Part shown: positions 9,881 to 20,667 of the stretch, one piece after another
How positions within the stretch are numbered: the stretch's first letter is position 1
How the letters are laid out: every line of letters starts with the position of its first letter
Program-made: the position numbers and the translations under genes
The notes under the pieces: model-generated
The model's input: the letters and a program-made list of their open reading frames with translations, nothing else
What the model was told of the DNA's origin: nothing
The model's database searches: none
Source: an uncultured Bacteroidales bacterium
GTDB lineage: Bacteria; Bacteroidota; Bacteroidia; Bacteroidales; Coprobacteraceae
Direction of reading: 5' to 3'
DNA length: 64,000 nucleotides
Assembly (NCBI GenBank): GCA_949297285.1
Contig: CASFRL010000116.1
Location: 4,799-68,798 of the forward strand

Positions 9881-11581
9881 TTATTTTCCTTTTATTTTTT
9901 CCCAACTGTCTTTCAATGATACGGTACGATTAAAAATTAATTTTCCCGGTTGAGAATCTTTATCTACACAAAAATAGCCGGTCCTTTGAAATTGAAATCG
10001 GTCTCCCGGTTTGGCATTTTCGAATAAATAAGGTTCTATACGACAGTTATTCAGTACTTTTAAAGATTCTGGATTCAATAATTCTCTGAAATCTTTTTCC
10101 TTTTCTTCTGCCGGATTTTCTACACAAAAAAGACGATCATAGAGTCTTACTTCTGCATTTTTGCTATATTCGACCGATACCCAATGCAAAGTGCCTTTGA
10201 CTTTCCGTCCGCTTTCGGGCATTCCGCTTTTGGTTAATGGATCGTATTCGCAATATATTTCTTCGATTTCTCCGTTATCGTTTTTCTTACATCCGGTACA
10301 TTTCACGATATACGCAGACTTTAAACGGACTTCTTGTCCCGGAGTCATTCGGAAGAATTTTTTTGGCGGATTTTCCATAAAATCTTCCCTTTCGATATAC
10401 AATTCGCGGGTGAACGGAATTTCGTGAAATCCTGCCGATTCATCTTCCGGATTATTTTCGGCCTTCATATATTCCACCTTGTCTTCCGGATAATTCGTTA
10501 TGACTAATTTTACAGGATTCAAGACAGCCGATACACGATTTGCCGATTTGTTTAAATCTTCACGAATACTATGTTCCAATAAAGAGACACTGATGAGTCC
10601 GTCGTATTTGGTATATCCGATTTTATCGATAAAATTTCGTATCGATTGGGGGGTATATCCACGACGGCGTAATCCGCAAATTGTCGGCATTCGGGGGTCA
10701 TCCCATCCAGATACAAGTTTTTCTTGTACCAATTGTAACAATTTGCGTTTGCTCATTACTGTATAAGTTAAATTCAGCCGATTAAATTCCATTTGTCGAG
10801 GGCGATAGGTCTCGTCGGCCAATTGATCGATAAACCAGTCGTATAAAGGTCTATGAACTTCAAATTCCAATGTACAAATCGAATGGGTCACACCCTCGAA
10901 ATAGTCAGATTGTCCGTGTGCAAAATCGTACATCGGATATACATTCCAAGTGTTTCCTGTTCGGTGATGTGGGTGTTTGATAATTCGGTACATGATCGGG
11001 TCTCTCATGTGCATATTGGGAGAAGACATATCTATTTTTGCCCGCAATACCATACTCCCCTCTTCGAATTCACCTTTGTTCATCCTTTCGAATATATCGA
11101 GATTCTCTTCAACCGGTCGGTTTCTGTAAGGACTTGGAGTTCCCGGTTGAGTCGGGGTTCCTTTTTGTTTGGCTATTTCTTCAGCAGATTGTTCATCGAC
11201 ATAGGCTTTCCCTTCTTTGATCAAACGAATGGCTAAATCCCACAGTTTTGGGAAATAATCAGATGCATAATAAAGCCGATCTCCCCAATCGAATCCTAAC
11301 CAATGTATATCTTCTTTAATTGAATCGACATATTCAACGTCTTCTTTTACGGGATTGGTATCGTCAAAACGAAGATTACAAGTTCCTCCAAACTTTTCAG
11401 CAATACCGAAATCCATACAAATTGCTTTTGCATGGCCGATATGCAAATATCCGTTGGGTTCCGGTGGAAAGCGGGTATTCAGGCGTCCACCGTTTTTTCC
11501 AGCTGCTAAATCAGCTTCTACGGCTGCTTCAATAAAATTCAGGCTCTTTTTCTCCTCTTCGTTATTCTCTATTTGTGTCAT
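9881..11581 (-). CDS. glnS: Glutamine--tRNA ligase
   Basis: [30 protein letters not shown]. Confidence 0.97.
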   Translation of the reverse strand: MTQIENNEEEKKSLNFIEAAVEADLAAGKNGGRLNTRFPPEPNGYLHIGHAKAICMDFGIAEKFGGTCNLRFDDTNPVKEDVEYVDSIKEDIHWLGFDWGDRLYYASDYFPKLWDLAIRLIKEGKAYVDEQSAEEIAKQKGTPTQPGTPSPYRNRPVEENLDIFERMNKGEFEEGSMVLRAKIDMSSPNMHMRDPIMYRIIKHPHHRTGNTWNVYPMYDFAHGQSDYFEGVTHSICTLEFEVHRPLYDWFIDQLADETYRPRQMEFNRLNLTYTVMSKRKLLQLVQEKLVSGWDDPRMPTICGLRRRGYTPQSIRNFIDKIGYTKYDGLISVSLLEHSIREDLNKSANRVSAVLNPVKLVITNYPEDKVEYMKAENNPEDESAGFHEIPFTRELYIEREDFMENPPKKFFRMTPGQEVRLKSAYIVKCTGCKKNDNGEIEEIYCEYDPLTKSGMPESGRKVKGTLHWVSVEYSKNAEVRLYDRLFCVENPAEEKEKDFRELLNPESLKVLNNCRIEPYLFENAKPGDRFQFQRTGYFCVDKDSQPGKLIFNRTVSLKDSWEKIKGK

Positions 11582-11692
11582 ATTCTTTTATCTTGCTGAG
11601 ATTTCTAAATTTTAATTGTTTTTGAGGCTTCAAAGGTAATAAAAAAACTTGAAACCTTATGTAATACGAAACTTATCCGAGCATGTAAATGA

Positions 11693-12919
11693 TTATCTTT
11701 TCTTTATTTGTATATCTACCGGATGATTGATATTTTGCATCCATTCCTCTAAAGAATCGAACCATGTGTCAGAAGAATGATATCCATCTTTTTCTTTATC
11801 TGCGCAGAAGGTAATATGATATTTTAATTCTTGAAGGCCATCGGCGTTGACAATGAATAAGAAATTTGAATCGTCCTCGATGGTCGTGTGGATATATTTG
11901 GAAGGCAGGTATATGCCTAAACCGATCGTCTCAGGAGGATATTCTTCTTTCATACCCATTTCTGGATAATCTCGTCCCCATGAAAAAGCAAGGCCATCTT
12001 TCCGTATATTACCTTTAGGGGCCTCTCCCACTTTTTGTACTCCTGTGCAAAAACGCTGTCCGTTGAGTGGCGCATCAAATACGATGCTGATTTCACAATC
12101 ACGATGTCCGGCATATTGGATCAAATATTCTTTCATATTGAGCGGTAGACCTGATCCGTATTTCCATCCGAGATCTTTTACTTCTATTACGGTGCGTAAA
12201 GGACCTGAAGCAATGATTTTTTGGCCTCTAAGCTTTACACTGTCAAGATTTACGGGAGATTTTCCATCCCAACCTTTAAATGAACCGCAACCTATTCTGT
12301 TGCCTGCCCAAAGTACATCGTTCCCGTATTTCTTTTTTTGTAATTCGGGTGTCGAATAAAATCCTGTTTCGTCAAGTTCCAATCGGCGGTAATGTTTACC
12401 ATACAGATCAATATTTTGACGTTGATCGAGGTATATTCTGTATGCTGTAAGCTCCGATTCGAAAGCTGCTCCATGATGATAGAGGTCGTTATATACATAA
12501 CTCTCTTGCGGAATTTCGATTGCGGTTATTTTCGGATAAAGTTTTTTCTTATCATTAAGTTTGATGTCTGCATATACTCTGGGCGTAAAAAAACGGGTTT
12601 GTTGTTCGGCAGACAATAACAGTGTAAAACTTTGCTTTTCGTGAGGTGCAATGTCGGTAAGAAATATCAATTCGTCGGCTTTCATATCTCCGTTCATGTC
12701 GTCGAGTTGATATGCCAGTTCTTGGCCTGTAGCATTGGTTACTTTAGCTGAACGTACGGTAAAATCAAGATTTTTTACTTCGGCGAGTTTTATGATTACC
12801 GGTTCATCGGTCTTTTTTTTATCCCAATTGTTTTCCACATCGATAGTCAGATATCGTTCTTGAGCCATTACGCCTAAGGATATCATGAAAATGGGGAAAA
12901 AAAGAAAAATTTTCTTCAT
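11693..12919 (-). CDS. Secreted DUF4861-like protein
   Basis: Signal peptide; HHGAAFESELTAYRIY, NIDLYGK, YGNDVLWAG. Confidence 0.7.
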   Translation of the reverse strand: MKKIFLFFPIFMISLGVMAQERYLTIDVENNWDKKKTDEPVIIKLAEVKNLDFTVRSAKVTNATGQELAYQLDDMNGDMKADELIFLTDIAPHEKQSFTLLLSAEQQTRFFTPRVYADIKLNDKKKLYPKITAIEIPQESYVYNDLYHHGAAFESELTAYRIYLDQRQNIDLYGKHYRRLELDETGFYSTPELQKKKYGNDVLWAGNRIGCGSFKGWDGKSPVNLDSVKLRGQKIIASGPLRTVIEVKDLGWKYGSGLPLNMKEYLIQYAGHRDCEISIVFDAPLNGQRFCTGVQKVGEAPKGNIRKDGLAFSWGRDYPEMGMKEEYPPETIGLGIYLPSKYIHTTIEDDSNFLFIVNADGLQELKYHITFCADKEKDGYHSSDTWFDSLEEWMQNINHPVDIQIKKR

Positions 12920-13034
12920 CTGTATATAATTTAAAGTTGATTTTTATTAAAAATACTTTTGAAAAATACAAAAATAAGCAATAACAGAGTAATAACTGAG
13001 TATTCATTATCGTTTTTTTCTATAAATATCAATA

Positions 13035-13589
13035 TTATCGGATATTTAGATATTTATGTGTTTGCAGACTCAATCTCCATTCCGGATTTTTTTTGATGTA
13101 TTCGATAACTTCCTCCGTGTTTTTCATAGAACAAGGTTGCAACATTTTGTATTTGCAGTTATACTGATCATAAATACTCATATCTTGATTTAGATACACA
13201 ACCTTTAATTCGTCCATCTGTTTACGAATGCAATTTTCTTTTGGGCTGCATGTTATCCAATCGCACCAGCGAGTGACAGCATCGAATCCTTGGGTTTGGG
13301 TCCCATTTGTTTCTATTTGGAGATAAAATCCTTGTTCTTTTAGCAGAGAGAGCAAATGGTCATCTAACTGCATCGATGGTTCGCCACCTGTCAATACGAT
13401 ATGTTTTGCCGGAAATTTTAGTACCGTGTTAAGAATCTCTTGATCGGACATCATTATTCCCGAATGGTGGTTTGTATCGCAGAAACTGCAATTTAAGTTG
13501 CATCCCGAAAAGCGAATGAAAATGGCCGGAACTCCGGTATAATACCCTTCACCTTGAATGCTGTAAAATATTTCGTTAATCTTTTTCAT
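13035..13589 (-). CDS. queE: 7-carboxy-7-deazaguanine synthase (radical SAM)
   Basis: EIFYSIQGEG, FIRFSGCNLNCSFCDT, TGGEP, ETNG, RLSLQTHK; ATG at 13589 preferred. Confidence 0.93.
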   Translation of the reverse strand: MKKINEIFYSIQGEGYYTGVPAIFIRFSGCNLNCSFCDTNHHSGIMMSDQEILNTVLKFPAKHIVLTGGEPSMQLDDHLLSLLKEQGFYLQIETNGTQTQGFDAVTRWCDWITCSPKENCIRKQMDELKVVYLNQDMSIYDQYNCKYKMLQPCSMKNTEEVIEYIKKNPEWRLSLQTHKYLNIR

Positions 13590-13908
13590 AAATAGCAATA
13601 TTCCCCTCAGATTCTTGCACTTCTACTTTGAAGCATAAAGGTATTTGGTCACATATCCATCGGGCCATATTTTCTGCGGTCGGGTTGAATGGCAATACTT
13701 CGTTCAGATTTTTGTGGTCAAGTTTTTCCTGTATTGTCTTTTTTATAAACGAAAAGTCTACGACCATACCGTCAACGTTTAATGTTGTCGCCCGACAATA
13801 AATCGATATGATCCAATTATGTCCGTGTAAACATGAACATTTACTTTCATACGACAAGTTTAACTGATGAGATGCTGATATTTCGAATGTCTTTTTTACG
13901 ATATACAT
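13576..13908 (-). CDS. queD: 6-carboxytetrahydropterin synthase
   Basis: CSCLHGHNW, GMVVDF, LDHKNLN, PTAENMA. Confidence 0.93.
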   Translation of the reverse strand: MYIVKKTFEISASHQLNLSYESKCSCLHGHNWIISIYCRATTLNVDGMVVDFSFIKKTIQEKLDHKNLNEVLPFNPTAENMARWICDQIPLCFKVEVQESEGNIAIYEKD

Positions 13909-13993
13909 TTTCTTTTCTTTCTAAAAAAATCTGTGCCAAAAATAACAGATAAATCGGAAATATAAAAGCTATGAAAATATAAAATTTTATAGG

Positions 13994-14020
13994 AAGAGCC
14001 CCCTATTATCGGGGGCTCTT
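13994..14020 (-). terminator. Intrinsic terminator hairpin
   Basis: 10-bp stem AAGAGCCCCC/GGGGGCTCTT downstream of 14048..14398. Confidence 0.75.
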
Positions 14021-14047
14021 TATTAGATATCTTCAACTTGTAAGTTG

Positions 14048-14398
14048 TCAGTTATTGTCTGTATAGTAATGCATTAGATGGTTAATGGCTTCTTGCAAAT
14101 CGGCGAGTAATGGGTGGCCTAACTCATAAATACGGATGCGTTTGTGTATATTCATTTTTTGCAATAGAGATTTTGAAAAAAGTTGTTTCATTCGGCTCTC
14201 GTCCAATTTATCATTGAATCCGACCGTTATACTGTCGTCATGTTTTATTACATATCCGAGCAATATTTTTTCAGGATGAGTCGAATTCATGATACAAACT
14301 TCATAATGTTCTTCATTATCTACTGTCGCTACACATGGAGGAATTGTTGATTTTAGCAATTGTCGTACCGTATCGAATACTTTGTTTACAGCTTCCAT
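14048..14398 (-). CDS. Hypothetical protein (116 aa)
   Basis: Clean ORF with downstream hairpin; no recognised motif. Confidence 0.65.
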   Translation of the reverse strand: MEAVNKVFDTVRQLLKSTIPPCVATVDNEEHYEVCIMNSTHPEKILLGYVIKHDDSITVGFNDKLDESRMKQLFSKSLLQKMNIHKRIRIYELGHPLLADLQEAINHLMHYYTDNN

Positions 14399-14522
14399 AA
14401 CTATATAGTTTTTTTAATTTATACTCAAAATATAAATTAATCCGCTATATTTTTGTTCAACGATATCACGTATTTTATATTCTCGTTATATTCGTTATCT
14501 TTGTCCTACAAACTTTAATTTA

Positions 14523-17015
14523 GTGAATACTTTGGTATATCCTCATAATTTTGAACAAAAGATAGGATTTGATAAGATCCGTCAACTGATAGAAGATAAA
14601 TGTTTAAGTACGCTTGGAATCGGACGTACGAAAGAAATGTCGTTTACCAATGACTATGATACGATTTCCCGCAACCTTCATGAAACAGCGGAGTTTGTTC
14701 GCATTCTGCAAGAGGAAGACGATTTCCCGGCCAATTATTTTTATGATATACGTCCGGCATTGAAGAGAATTGGTGTTGAAGGAACATTTCTTGATGAATC
14801 AGAGTTATTCGATTTGCGTCGATCGCTCGAAACGATAAAAAATATTGTCCGTTTTTTTCAAAGCACAGAAGATCAAGGTAAAGATGCCGATTATCCCTAT
14901 CTTAAAAATTTAGCCGGGAATATAGCCGTTTTCCCGCAAATTATTGAACAGATCGATCGCATCCTCGATAAATTCGGACACATAAGAGATAGTGCATCTC
15001 CAGAGCTGCAACGTATTCGTCGAGAAATAAGTATGACTTTATCGGGTATTTCTAAAAGTCTTGTCTCTATTTTGAAAATTGCTCAAAGTGAGGGCGTCGT
15101 AGACAAAGATGTGACTCCGACAATGCGAGATGGACGGTTGGTCATACCTGTTATTCCTGCATATAAAAGAAAAATTAAAGGGATTATTCACGATGAGTCG
15201 GCAAGTGGCAAAACCATATTTATAGAACCGGCAGAGGTCGTCGAAGCTAATAATCGTATTCGGGAACTCGAAAATGATGAGCGGAGAGAAATTGTTCGTA
15301 TTCTGACTCAATTTGCAGATGAATTGCGACCTTATATCGATGATATATATCGTTCGTATGAGTTTCTTGCCGATATTGATTTTATCAGGGCAAAAGCCTC
15401 ATTCTCGATTCAGATTAACGGATTGTTACCTGTATTTGAAGATTGTCAGCAAATGGATTGGTTCCATGCTGTACATCCGTTATTGTTTTTATCACTTCAA
15501 AAGCAGCAAAAACAAGTCGTCCCGTTAGATATTGTCTTGAATCATAAAGATCGCATTCTTTTAATATCGGGTCCGAATGCCGGAGGAAAGTCTGTTTGTT
15601 TGAAGACTGTGGGTTTATTGCAATATATGTTGCAATGCGGACTTTTGATCCCGGTATATGAAAATTCTCGGACCGGAATTTTCGATAACATATTTATTGA
15701 TATCGGAGATGAACAATCGATTGAGAATGATTTGAGCACATATAGCTCGCATTTGACAAATATGAAGTTTTTTGTCAAAAATTGCAATGATCGATCTATT
15801 TTATTAATCGATGAGTTCGGTGGCGGAACCGAACCGCAGATTGGCGGTGCAATAGCAGAAGCATTATTAGACCGTTTTAACAAAAAAAAGGCATTTGGAG
15901 TTATTACTACACACTATCAGAATTTAAAGCACTTTGCAGAAGATACACCCGGAATAATAAATGGAGCCATGCTTTATGATCGTCATTTGATGCAACCCTT
16001 GTTTAAGTTGTCGATCGGGAATCCCGGAAGCTCTTTTGCCATAGAGATTGCTCGAAAGATCGGATTACCAGAAGAGGTTATCGCAGATGCAACATTAAAA
16101 GTCGGTTCGGATTACATTAATATGGATAAATACTTGCAAGATATCGTTCGGGATAAACGTTATTGGGAAAATAAACGACAGAATGTCCGGTTGCAAGAAA
16201 AACGATTGGAAGAAACGGTATCTCGCTATGAGAGTGATCTTAAATCGATAGATAAATTGCGGAAAGAGATTTTGGCCGAAGCTAAAAAAAATGCTGAAAA
16301 TATACTTTCCGAAGCTAATGCTCGTATCGAGAATACGATACGTTCGATTAAAGAGGCTCAAGCCGAGAAAGAGAAGACAAAACAACTCCGGAAAAATCTG
16401 GAAGAATTTAAAGCATCTGTAACCTCGGTTTCTGAAACAGAAGATAAGATTGATAGAAAGATACGGAAAATAAAAGAGCGTGAAAATCATAAAAAGAATA
16501 GAAAAGAATTATCCAATGATAAGAAACTTCCTTTCAATCCAGATGTAATAGCCGTTGGTGATGCTGTTAAAGCAAAGGGAAACCCCTCTATCGGAGAGGT
16601 AATCGAAATTCAGGGACAAACGGCAACCATTGCTTTCGGAATGTTGAAATCGATGATTAAAACAGACCAACTTGAGAAAGTAAGTAAAAACCAGATAAAG
16701 CGAGAAAAAAATATTAAGTCGACGTTTGTCAGTGAACAAACGGCAGATGAGATGCATGAAAAAAGGCTGAATTTTAAACAAGATATAGATATTCGAGGAT
16801 TGCGTGGTGATGAAGCAATACAGGCGGTCACCTATTTTATCGATGACGCGATTATGGTCGGATGTCCGAAAGTGCGTATTTTACATGGTACAGGTAGTGG
16901 AATATTGCGTCAACTTGTACGTCAGTATTTGAAAACGGTGCCCGGAGTAAAACATTTCCGGGACGAACATGTGCAGTTTGGTGGAGCTGGAATAACCGTA
17001 GTAGACTTAGAGTAA
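14523..17015 (+). CDS. mutS2: Endonuclease MutS2
   Basis: ISGPNAGGKS, DIGDEQSIENDLSTYS, DEFGGGTEP, C-terminal Smr domain (IDIRG, HGTGSG); start uncertain. Confidence 0.95.
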   Translation: MNTLVYPHNFEQKIGFDKIRQLIEDKCLSTLGIGRTKEMSFTNDYDTISRNLHETAEFVRILQEEDDFPANYFYDIRPALKRIGVEGTFLDESELFDLRRSLETIKNIVRFFQSTEDQGKDADYPYLKNLAGNIAVFPQIIEQIDRILDKFGHIRDSASPELQRIRREISMTLSGISKSLVSILKIAQSEGVVDKDVTPTMRDGRLVIPVIPAYKRKIKGIIHDESASGKTIFIEPAEVVEANNRIRELENDERREIVRILTQFADELRPYIDDIYRSYEFLADIDFIRAKASFSIQINGLLPVFEDCQQMDWFHAVHPLLFLSLQKQQKQVVPLDIVLNHKDRILLISGPNAGGKSVCLKTVGLLQYMLQCGLLIPVYENSRTGIFDNIFIDIGDEQSIENDLSTYSSHLTNMKFFVKNCNDRSILLIDEFGGGTEPQIGGAIAEALLDRFNKKKAFGVITTHYQNLKHFAEDTPGIINGAMLYDRHLMQPLFKLSIGNPGSSFAIEIARKIGLPEEVIADATLKVGSDYINMDKYLQDIVRDKRYWENKRQNVRLQEKRLEETVSRYESDLKSIDKLRKEILAEAKKNAENILSEANARIENTIRSIKEAQAEKEKTKQLRKNLEEFKASVTSVSETEDKIDRKIRKIKERENHKKNRKELSNDKKLPFNPDVIAVGDAVKAKGNPSIGEVIEIQGQTATIAFGMLKSMIKTDQLEKVSKNQIKREKNIKSTFVSEQTADEMHEKRLNFKQDIDIRGLRGDEAIQAVTYFIDDAIMVGCPKVRILHGTGSGILRQLVRQYLKTVPGVKHFRDEHVQFGGAGITVVDLE

Positions 17016-17078
17016 AAATAGAATGATTATTTAGTCCGAAAAGCCTTGATTGTTATCAAAATTCATTCATAAACGTTT

Positions 17079-17110
17079 TTTGTTAAAATAAAAAACTTTG
17101 TGTATGTTTG
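17079..17110 (+). promoter_or_regulatory. Bacteroidota primary-sigma promoter
   Basis: TTTG-N20-TATGTTTG (-33/-7 consensus) upstream of the small ORF at 17137. Confidence 0.7.
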
Positions 17111-17136
17111 TATAATATCATTAATAGTCTTGTTCT

Positions 17137-17304
17137 ATGCGCAAGTTTACACCATTTAGAATAATTTGCATTACTTTATTGTGGGTATATCTTTGTTATT
17201 TGTTGATAAAAGGATATGGAGAAATCAATTTACGGGTGTTTTTCATTATCATTGCTTCGGGAATTATCGTATTTGTTCCTATATATAAGCGCAACAGAAA
17301 ATGA
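17137..17304 (+). CDS. Small 55-aa two-TM membrane protein (not in ORF track)
   Basis: MRKFTPFRIICITLLWVYLCYLLIKGYGEINLRVFFIIIASGIIVFVPIYKRNRK; basic termini; own consensus promoter. Confidence 0.75.
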   Translation: MRKFTPFRIICITLLWVYLCYLLIKGYGEINLRVFFIIIASGIIVFVPIYKRNRK

Positions 17305-17394
17305 TTATGCAAATGAAACAAGAATCCCGATAAAATATTATCGTTTCATCCAATAAAAAGCTACATTTGCAATTGTAAATGGTTATTTAGAATT

Positions 17395-19287
17395 ATGGTA
17401 ATCGAAAAAGAACAATTACTATCTACAATATATTATCCGAATGATTTACGGAAACTTTCACCTGAACAATTGCCGCAAATCTGTGCAGAACTAAGGCAAT
17501 TTCTTATAGATGAGTTGTCTTGCAATCCTGGTCATTTTGCCTCAAGTTTGGGCACAGTAGAATTGACAGTCGCATTGCATTATGTATTTAATACTCCCTA
17601 TGATCGCATCGTCTGGGATGTAGGGCATCAGGCATATAGTCATAAAATTCTTACCGGACGTCGAGAGAAGTTCTCTACCAATCGAAAATTTAAAGGCCTG
17701 AGCGGGTTCCCCTCTCCTTTTGAAAGTGAATACGATACTTTTACGGCCGGACATGCGTCCAATTCTATATCTGCCGCTTTAGGAATGTCTGTGGCAGCTA
17801 ACTTAAAAGACGAAAAAGACAGAAAAGTTATAGCTGTTATCGGAGATGCTGCAATATCTGGAGGTTTGGCTTTCGAAGGATTGAATAATGCATCGATAAA
17901 CCCGAATAACCTGTTGATTATATTGAATGATAACGACATGGCAATAGATCATAATGTTGGAGCCTTAAATCAATATCTGGTCAATATAACAACATCTCCT
18001 GGATATAATAGACTGCGCTACAAGGTATATCGCACATTGGTAAAATTGAACCTTATTTCAGATAAGCACCGAGGTGCGATTTTACGTTTCAACAATAGTC
18101 TGAAAGCATTGATCAGTAAGCATCAGAATATTTTTGAGGGCTTGAACATTCGTTATTTCGGCCCTATTGACGGACATGATGTCAATTATATTATTCGTGT
18201 GTTGAATGATATAAAAGAGATGTCGGGTCCTAAACTACTGCATTTGAAGACAATTAAAGGGAAAGGATATGCTCCGGCAGAGAAGTCGGCTACGATATGG
18301 CATGCTCCGGGAAGATTTAATAAAATAACCGGAGAACGGCTTATTGTCAAAGATAATAATATGCCGCCCCTTTTTCAGGAAGTTTTTGGCCGTACGTTAG
18401 TAGAACTGGCAAGAGAGAATGAAAAAATTGTAGGGATTACTCCTGCCATGCCTTCAGGATGTTCGATGAATTATATGATGGATGAATTTCCGAATCGGAC
18501 ATTCGATGTCGGTATTGCGGAAGAGCATGCCGTTACTTTTTCCGGAGGATTGGCAAAAGAGGGTTTAATACCTTTCTGTAATATCTATTCTACCTTTATG
18601 CAGCGGGCTTTCGATGAGATAATACACGATGTCGCTATACAAAATTTGCATGTTGTTTTTTGTCTCGACAGAGCCGGTCTTGTAGGCGAAGATGGCGTAA
18701 CTCATCATGGAGCTTTTGACCTATCTTATTTAAGGTGCATTCCGAATATGATTATTGCTTCTCCTATGAACGAACATTATTTACGGCATTTGATGTATAC
18801 TGCACAAGCTAAAGAAGGGACCTTTGCCATTCGCTATCCGCGAGGGAGAGGTTCTCTTGTAAAATGGCATTGTACGCCCGAGATATTGGAAATAGGAAAA
18901 GGTCGAAAGATTACAGATGGAGAAGACATTGCCCTTATCAGCATCGGTCCTATCGGGGTTTTGGCCCAGCAAGCCATTATAAGAGCACAACAACAAGGAG
19001 TCTCGGTGGCTCATTATGATATGATTTTCTTAAAACCCATAGATGAATCGTTGTTACATGAAATTGGGAAAAAATATTCACGGATTGTTACCGTCGAGGA
19101 TGGAAGTATAAAAGGCGGATTGGGTATCGCTGTTATGGAATTTATGGCAGATAACGGATATACCCCTAAAATAAAGCGCGTAGGCATTCCTGACAGTTTT
19201 ATTGAACACGGAAGTATTCCTGAACTTTATAAATTGTGCGGAATGGATGAAGATAGTATATTTTCCCTTTTGACTTGTGAATGGTAG
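17395..19287 (+). CDS. dxs: 1-deoxy-D-xylulose-5-phosphate synthase
   Basis: [48 protein letters not shown]. Confidence 0.97.
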   Translation: MVIEKEQLLSTIYYPNDLRKLSPEQLPQICAELRQFLIDELSCNPGHFASSLGTVELTVALHYVFNTPYDRIVWDVGHQAYSHKILTGRREKFSTNRKFKGLSGFPSPFESEYDTFTAGHASNSISAALGMSVAANLKDEKDRKVIAVIGDAAISGGLAFEGLNNASINPNNLLIILNDNDMAIDHNVGALNQYLVNITTSPGYNRLRYKVYRTLVKLNLISDKHRGAILRFNNSLKALISKHQNIFEGLNIRYFGPIDGHDVNYIIRVLNDIKEMSGPKLLHLKTIKGKGYAPAEKSATIWHAPGRFNKITGERLIVKDNNMPPLFQEVFGRTLVELARENEKIVGITPAMPSGCSMNYMMDEFPNRTFDVGIAEEHAVTFSGGLAKEGLIPFCNIYSTFMQRAFDEIIHDVAIQNLHVVFCLDRAGLVGEDGVTHHGAFDLSYLRCIPNMIIASPMNEHYLRHLMYTAQAKEGTFAIRYPRGRGSLVKWHCTPEILEIGKGRKITDGEDIALISIGPIGVLAQQAIIRAQQQGVSVAHYDMIFLKPIDESLLHEIGKKYSRIVTVEDGSIKGGLGIAVMEFMADNGYTPKIKRVGIPDSFIEHGSIPELYKLCGMDEDSIFSLLTCEW

Positions 19288-19321
19288 TATATTCTTTAAA
19301 TAAGAAAAAATAATATTCCTT

Positions 19322-20656
19322 ATGAAAATAATAATTGCGGGAGCCGGTGAAGTAGGCATTCATTTAGCAAAGTTGCTTTCTAAAGAAGAACAGGATATTA
19401 TCTTGATCGATGCCGATATAGAAAAATTGCAAAGAATAGATTCCAACTATAATTTAATGACCGTTGTGGGATCTCCTACTTCATTTAAAGTTTTGAAAAA
19501 AGCAGGAGTTAATAATGCCGATTTGTTTATCGCTGTTATGCCGTTTGAGTCTCGTAATATTACAGCATGTACGTTAGCAACGAAATTGGGCGCAAAGAAA
19601 ACAGTTGCCCGTATTGATAATTATGAATATTTACTGCCTGAAAATAAAGCCTTTTTCCGTGAACTTGGGGTCGATGAGTTGATCTATCCTGAAATGTTGG
19701 CTGCAGAGGAAATTGTTACGGCATTAAGACGGACGTGGGTAAGAAACTGGTTTGAACTGTGTAATGGAGAATTGATCCTGATCGGTGTAAAATTGCGTGA
19801 TAAAGCTCAGATACTTAATCATAAACTATGCGATCTCACGCGACAAGATAATTATTATCATATAGCAGCGATCAAAAGAAATGAAGAAACAATTATTCCT
19901 CGCGGTAATGATGAATTACAATTGAATGATATTGTCTATTTTACCACAACTCCGGATCATATACAAGATATTCGTAAATTGACCGGGAAAATTGAGGTCG
20001 ATGTGCGTAATGTAATGATTATGGGCGGTAGCCGCATCGCAATACGCCTTATCCATATTGCACCTGAATACATAAAAATGAAATTGATCGAATCTGATCG
20101 GGAAAAGAGTTTCAAATTAGTGGAAAAAATGCACGATACCGTTATTATCAATGGAGATGCAAGGGATATCGATTTATTGAAAGAAGAGGGAATAAAAGAT
20201 ACGGATGCTTTTATCGCTCTTACGGATAGTTCGGAAACAAATATTTTAGCTTGTCTGACCGCTAAAAGATTAGGTGTCGCGAAGACAGTTGCCGAAGTTG
20301 AAAATATTCCTTTTATTTCTACTGCCGAAGGGTTGAATATCGGTTCGATCATAAATAAAAAACTTATTGCAGCCAGTAGAATATTCCAGCTATTGCTTGA
20401 TGCTGACTCTACGAATGTAAAATGTTTGGCTTTAGCGGATGCCGAAGTTGCAGAATTGGTAGCAAAAGAAGGTTCGAAAATAACAAAAGCTCCCGTAAAA
20501 GATTTGACATTACCTAAAGATCTTACATTGGGCGGATTGATTAGAAACGGGAAAGGTATTATCGTAAACGGTAATACACAAATTCAAGCAAATGATCATG
20601 TTGTCGTATTTTGTTTAGATACGGCTATACATAAAATTGGAAAGCTGTTTAATTAA
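19322..20656 (+). CDS. trkA: Trk system potassium uptake protein TrkA
   Basis: Two RCK_N/RCK_C pairs; GAGEVG. Confidence 0.95.
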   Translation: MKIIIAGAGEVGIHLAKLLSKEEQDIILIDADIEKLQRIDSNYNLMTVVGSPTSFKVLKKAGVNNADLFIAVMPFESRNITACTLATKLGAKKTVARIDNYEYLLPENKAFFRELGVDELIYPEMLAAEEIVTALRRTWVRNWFELCNGELILIGVKLRDKAQILNHKLCDLTRQDNYYHIAAIKRNEETIIPRGNDELQLNDIVYFTTTPDHIQDIRKLTGKIEVDVRNVMIMGGSRIAIRLIHIAPEYIKMKLIESDREKSFKLVEKMHDTVIINGDARDIDLLKEEGIKDTDAFIALTDSSETNILACLTAKRLGVAKTVAEVENIPFISTAEGLNIGSIINKKLIAASRIFQLLLDADSTNVKCLALADAEVAELVAKEGSKITKAPVKDLTLPKDLTLGGLIRNGKGIIVNGNTQIQANDHVVVFCLDTAIHKIGKLFN

Positions 20657-20667
20657 TCATAATAATC

